Source: Holosporales bacterium (GTDB taxonomy: Bacteria > Pseudomonadota > Alphaproteobacteria > BNTO01). From it: a DNA stretch of 50,289 nucleotides. Below, in pieces: positions 48,532-50,289 of this stretch. A model generated the notes under the pieces. That model saw nothing but the letters and a program-made list of their open reading frames with translations, was not told the DNA's origin and searched no databases. The stretch lies in contig JAIRNK010000024.1 in assembly GCA_031258095.1 (NCBI GenBank), positions 1 through 50,289 on the forward strand, given 5' to 3'. The position numbers and the translations under genes are program-made. Position 1 is the first letter of the stretch, and each line of letters opens with the position of its first letter.

Positions 48532-49458
48532 ATGATATCCTTCGAGGCAGCGAAAGAAAAGTTTGAGCAGCCGTTTTTTTCGCTGCTATATGAAGCGCAC
48601 ACGGTTCACATAAAGAATCATGAGCCAAATAAGATACAGGCGAGCACGTTGCTCAGCGTCCAGACCGGCGGCTGTTGTGAGGATTGCGCGTATTGTGCAC
48701 AGTCGATTCGCAATGGAACAAAGATGCCAAAGCAGGCAATCTGCGACATTGCCTCGATTATAGCGGCCGCCAGACGCGCGAAGGCATTGGGTAGCTCTCG
48801 GTTTTGCATGGGAACATCTGGGCGCGCGCCAACTCCGGAGATCTTTGAGCTAATTTGTGAGGCAATTAAAGAAGTAAAAGCGCTTGGTCTAGAAACATGC
48901 GTAACCATGGGAATGATTGACGATGCGCAAGCTGCAAAGCTGAAGGCATGCGGGCTAGACTTTTACAATCATAATGTTGATACATCGCCGGAGTACTACA
49001 GCAAAGTTATAACGACAAGAACAATTGAAGACAGGATACGAACGATAAATATAGTGCAAACGCACGGGATAAAGGTCTGCACCGGCGGAATTCTGGGCTT
49101 AGGAGAAACAAACGACGACCGGATAAAAATGCTGTTGCTGCTAGCAAACTTAAATGAGCCGCCTGCGTCAGTGTCAATAAATCGGCTTGTAAAAATTCCA
49201 GGGACGCGACTTGAAGCAGCTCCGGACGTAGACCCGTTCGATTTTGTTCGCTGCATAGCGTTGGCGAGAATTCTAATGCCGACAGCCGTCGTCCGTATTT
49301 CGGCTGGGCGCGAGAGCATGAGCGATGAGTTGCAGGCGCTTTGCTTTTTTGCGGGCGCTGGAAGCATTTTTTTGGGAGAGGTCCTGCTTACAGCACCGAA
49401 TGCGGACTTTGATGCAGACGTGAAGTTAATGGAGAGGCTAAACCTTACGCTGGCGTAA
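48532..49458 (+). CDS. bioB: Biotin synthase
   Basis: Radical-SAM CCEDCAYCAQS and conserved downstream blocks (YNHNVDTS, GGILGLGE). The ORF is open from the TTG at 48523. Confidence 0.9.
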   Translation: MISFEAAKEKFEQPFFSLLYEAHTVHIKNHEPNKIQASTLLSVQTGGCCEDCAYCAQSIRNGTKMPKQAICDIASIIAAARRAKALGSSRFCMGTSGRAPTPEIFELICEAIKEVKALGLETCVTMGMIDDAQAAKLKACGLDFYNHNVDTSPEYYSKVITTRTIEDRIRTINIVQTHGIKVCTGGILGLGETNDDRIKMLLLLANLNEPPASVSINRLVKIPGTRLEAAPDVDPFDFVRCIALARILMPTAVVRISAGRESMSDELQALCFFAGAGSIFLGEVLLTAPNADFDADVKLMERLNLTLA

Positions 49459-49573
49459 TCGCGGCTGAAGGCAGTGTTTCGTAAAAACGCTAACATTTGT
49501 GCCTTTTGTCGCTGGGCAGTTGTTGCTTATGCTGTTCGACTTCATGGCGTGGACACTTGTGTGAGGTCTTGTC

Positions 49574-50289
49574 TCATTTGGTCAAACTTTCCCGCAGCTC
49601 GGCAACATCCGCTCTCAGCCCCTCAACTAGTACTCTATATCTCTCGAAAATTGTAGCAATTGGCTGAGCGGTGTCGTACGATCGCCGAGACAGGAAATCA
49701 ACTACCCTCGCCATTTCTCCTTCCGCGGTGGTGAGACGCTCTTCCACAAATGATATTCGCGGGTCGACAGGATCATCCACTGCTGATGGCATCGGACTTT
49801 TGGCTGCGGGTGGCATCGGACTTTTGGCTGCGGGTGGCATCAGGGCTGGAACTGGAGAGACGTGGAATCGATGTAACAACTCAGGGGCTTCTAACTGCTG
49901 AGGACGAACTTGTTGATCTTGCCCGCCAGCAACCCACCACACAAAATCCCAGATCAGCCGACAAAGCTCTTCTTGCGAATCGCGGCTAGCAGGTTTTATC
50001 GCATTGCCTACCAGAGTTTTTATTATGCTGCTGTGCTCCCCCAAAAGGATAAAATTTCGGACAATACCCCTGTCTCCATCTTTGCCTCGGGACATGTTTT
50101 GTATAAGCGCACTCTTAAAAAACACCTTTGCAGGGTCCAAATCAAACTGATGGCATTGGTGAACGTCCACAACTATCATATTATCAGGCGTGGCATAAAG
50201 TTCTGCCGCTATTATAGCGCCGAACGCTAATAACGCAAAAGGATCAAACAGGGGACCATAAGTGCCATCGGTGGTTGCTCTGATATCAA
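49574..50289 (-). CDS. Hypothetical protein with proline-rich tandem repeat; 5' end runs off the window
   Basis: The reading frame stays open from 50179 to the window edge (…DIRATTDGTYGPLFDPFALLAFGAIIAAELYATPDNMIVV…). No family recognised. Confidence 0.5.
   Translation of the reverse strand, partial: DIRATTDGTYGPLFDPFALLAFGAIIAAELYATPDNMIVVDVHQCHQFDLDPAKVFFKSALIQNMSRGKDGDRGIVRNFILLGEHSSIIKTLVGNAIKPASRDSQEELCRLIWDFVWWVAGGQDQQVRPQQLEAPELLHRFHVSPVPALMPPAAKSPMPPAAKSPMPSAVDDPVDPRISFVEERLTTAEGEMARVVDFLSRRSYDTAQPIATIFERYRVLVEGLRADVAELRESLTK
49787..49841. repeat. 24-bp tandem repeat x2.3 (TGGCATCGGACTTTTGGCTGCGGG)
   Basis: Exact units at 49787-49810 and 49811-49834, plus a partial third. They encode PPAAKSPM PPAAKSPM on the minus strand. 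Confidence 0.9.

Noticed and set aside
48532-49458. bioB without adjacent bioA/bioD/bioF as evidence of a broken biotin pathway
   Set aside because: The pathway genes may lie elsewhere in the genome. One 50-kb window cannot support a claim about pathway completeness.

Overview
This is a 50.3-kb bacterial chromosomal window, densely coding on both strands. I call about 43 protein genes and two tRNA-Arg genes.

Most genes are housekeeping: obg, ftsX, ftsA, murJ, lysC, rnj, dnaA, serC, parA, parB, HIT, an RNase D-like exonuclease, yidC, rho, nth, pgk, cysS, ftsL, ftsI, lolD, pssA and bioB.

Among them sit host-interaction-type or orphan genes:
- a T6SS VgrG spike
- a lipoprotein secretin
- one clear ankyrin-repeat protein and one possible one
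- several family-less ORFs

The alpha-type SerC and FtsL, the ankyrin proteins, the scattered cell-division genes and the many palindromic repeats suggest a host-associated alphaproteobacterium (Rickettsiales/Holosporales-like). That is inference only.

The clearest sequence-level signal is two unannotated repeat families.

Family A:
- It is a 200-270 bp element with 5 copies, including a 2 x 270 bp tandem duplication.
- It carries a conserved TTGACT-N18-TATTTT promoter-like motif and a G-rich core.
- It usually points at the next gene start.
- Its copies form inverted pairs bracketing 8-kb and 11-kb segments.

Family B:
- It is a ~95 bp MITE/RPE-like palindromic element with two subtypes and 14 full or partial copies, all within the first 33 kb.
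- It sits at gene 3' ends and supplies the last codons and the stop codon of obg, lysC and ftsA.

Other notable points:
- a tightly packed cysS-BON-vgrG co-oriented unit with no other T6SS genes nearby
- an orphan secretin directly upstream of ftsL-ftsI
- a frameshifted RpoH-like sigma factor
- an ISAs1-family transposase remnant
- a 26-residue insertion in LolD

All functional calls rest on motif recognition by eye. No database search was possible.
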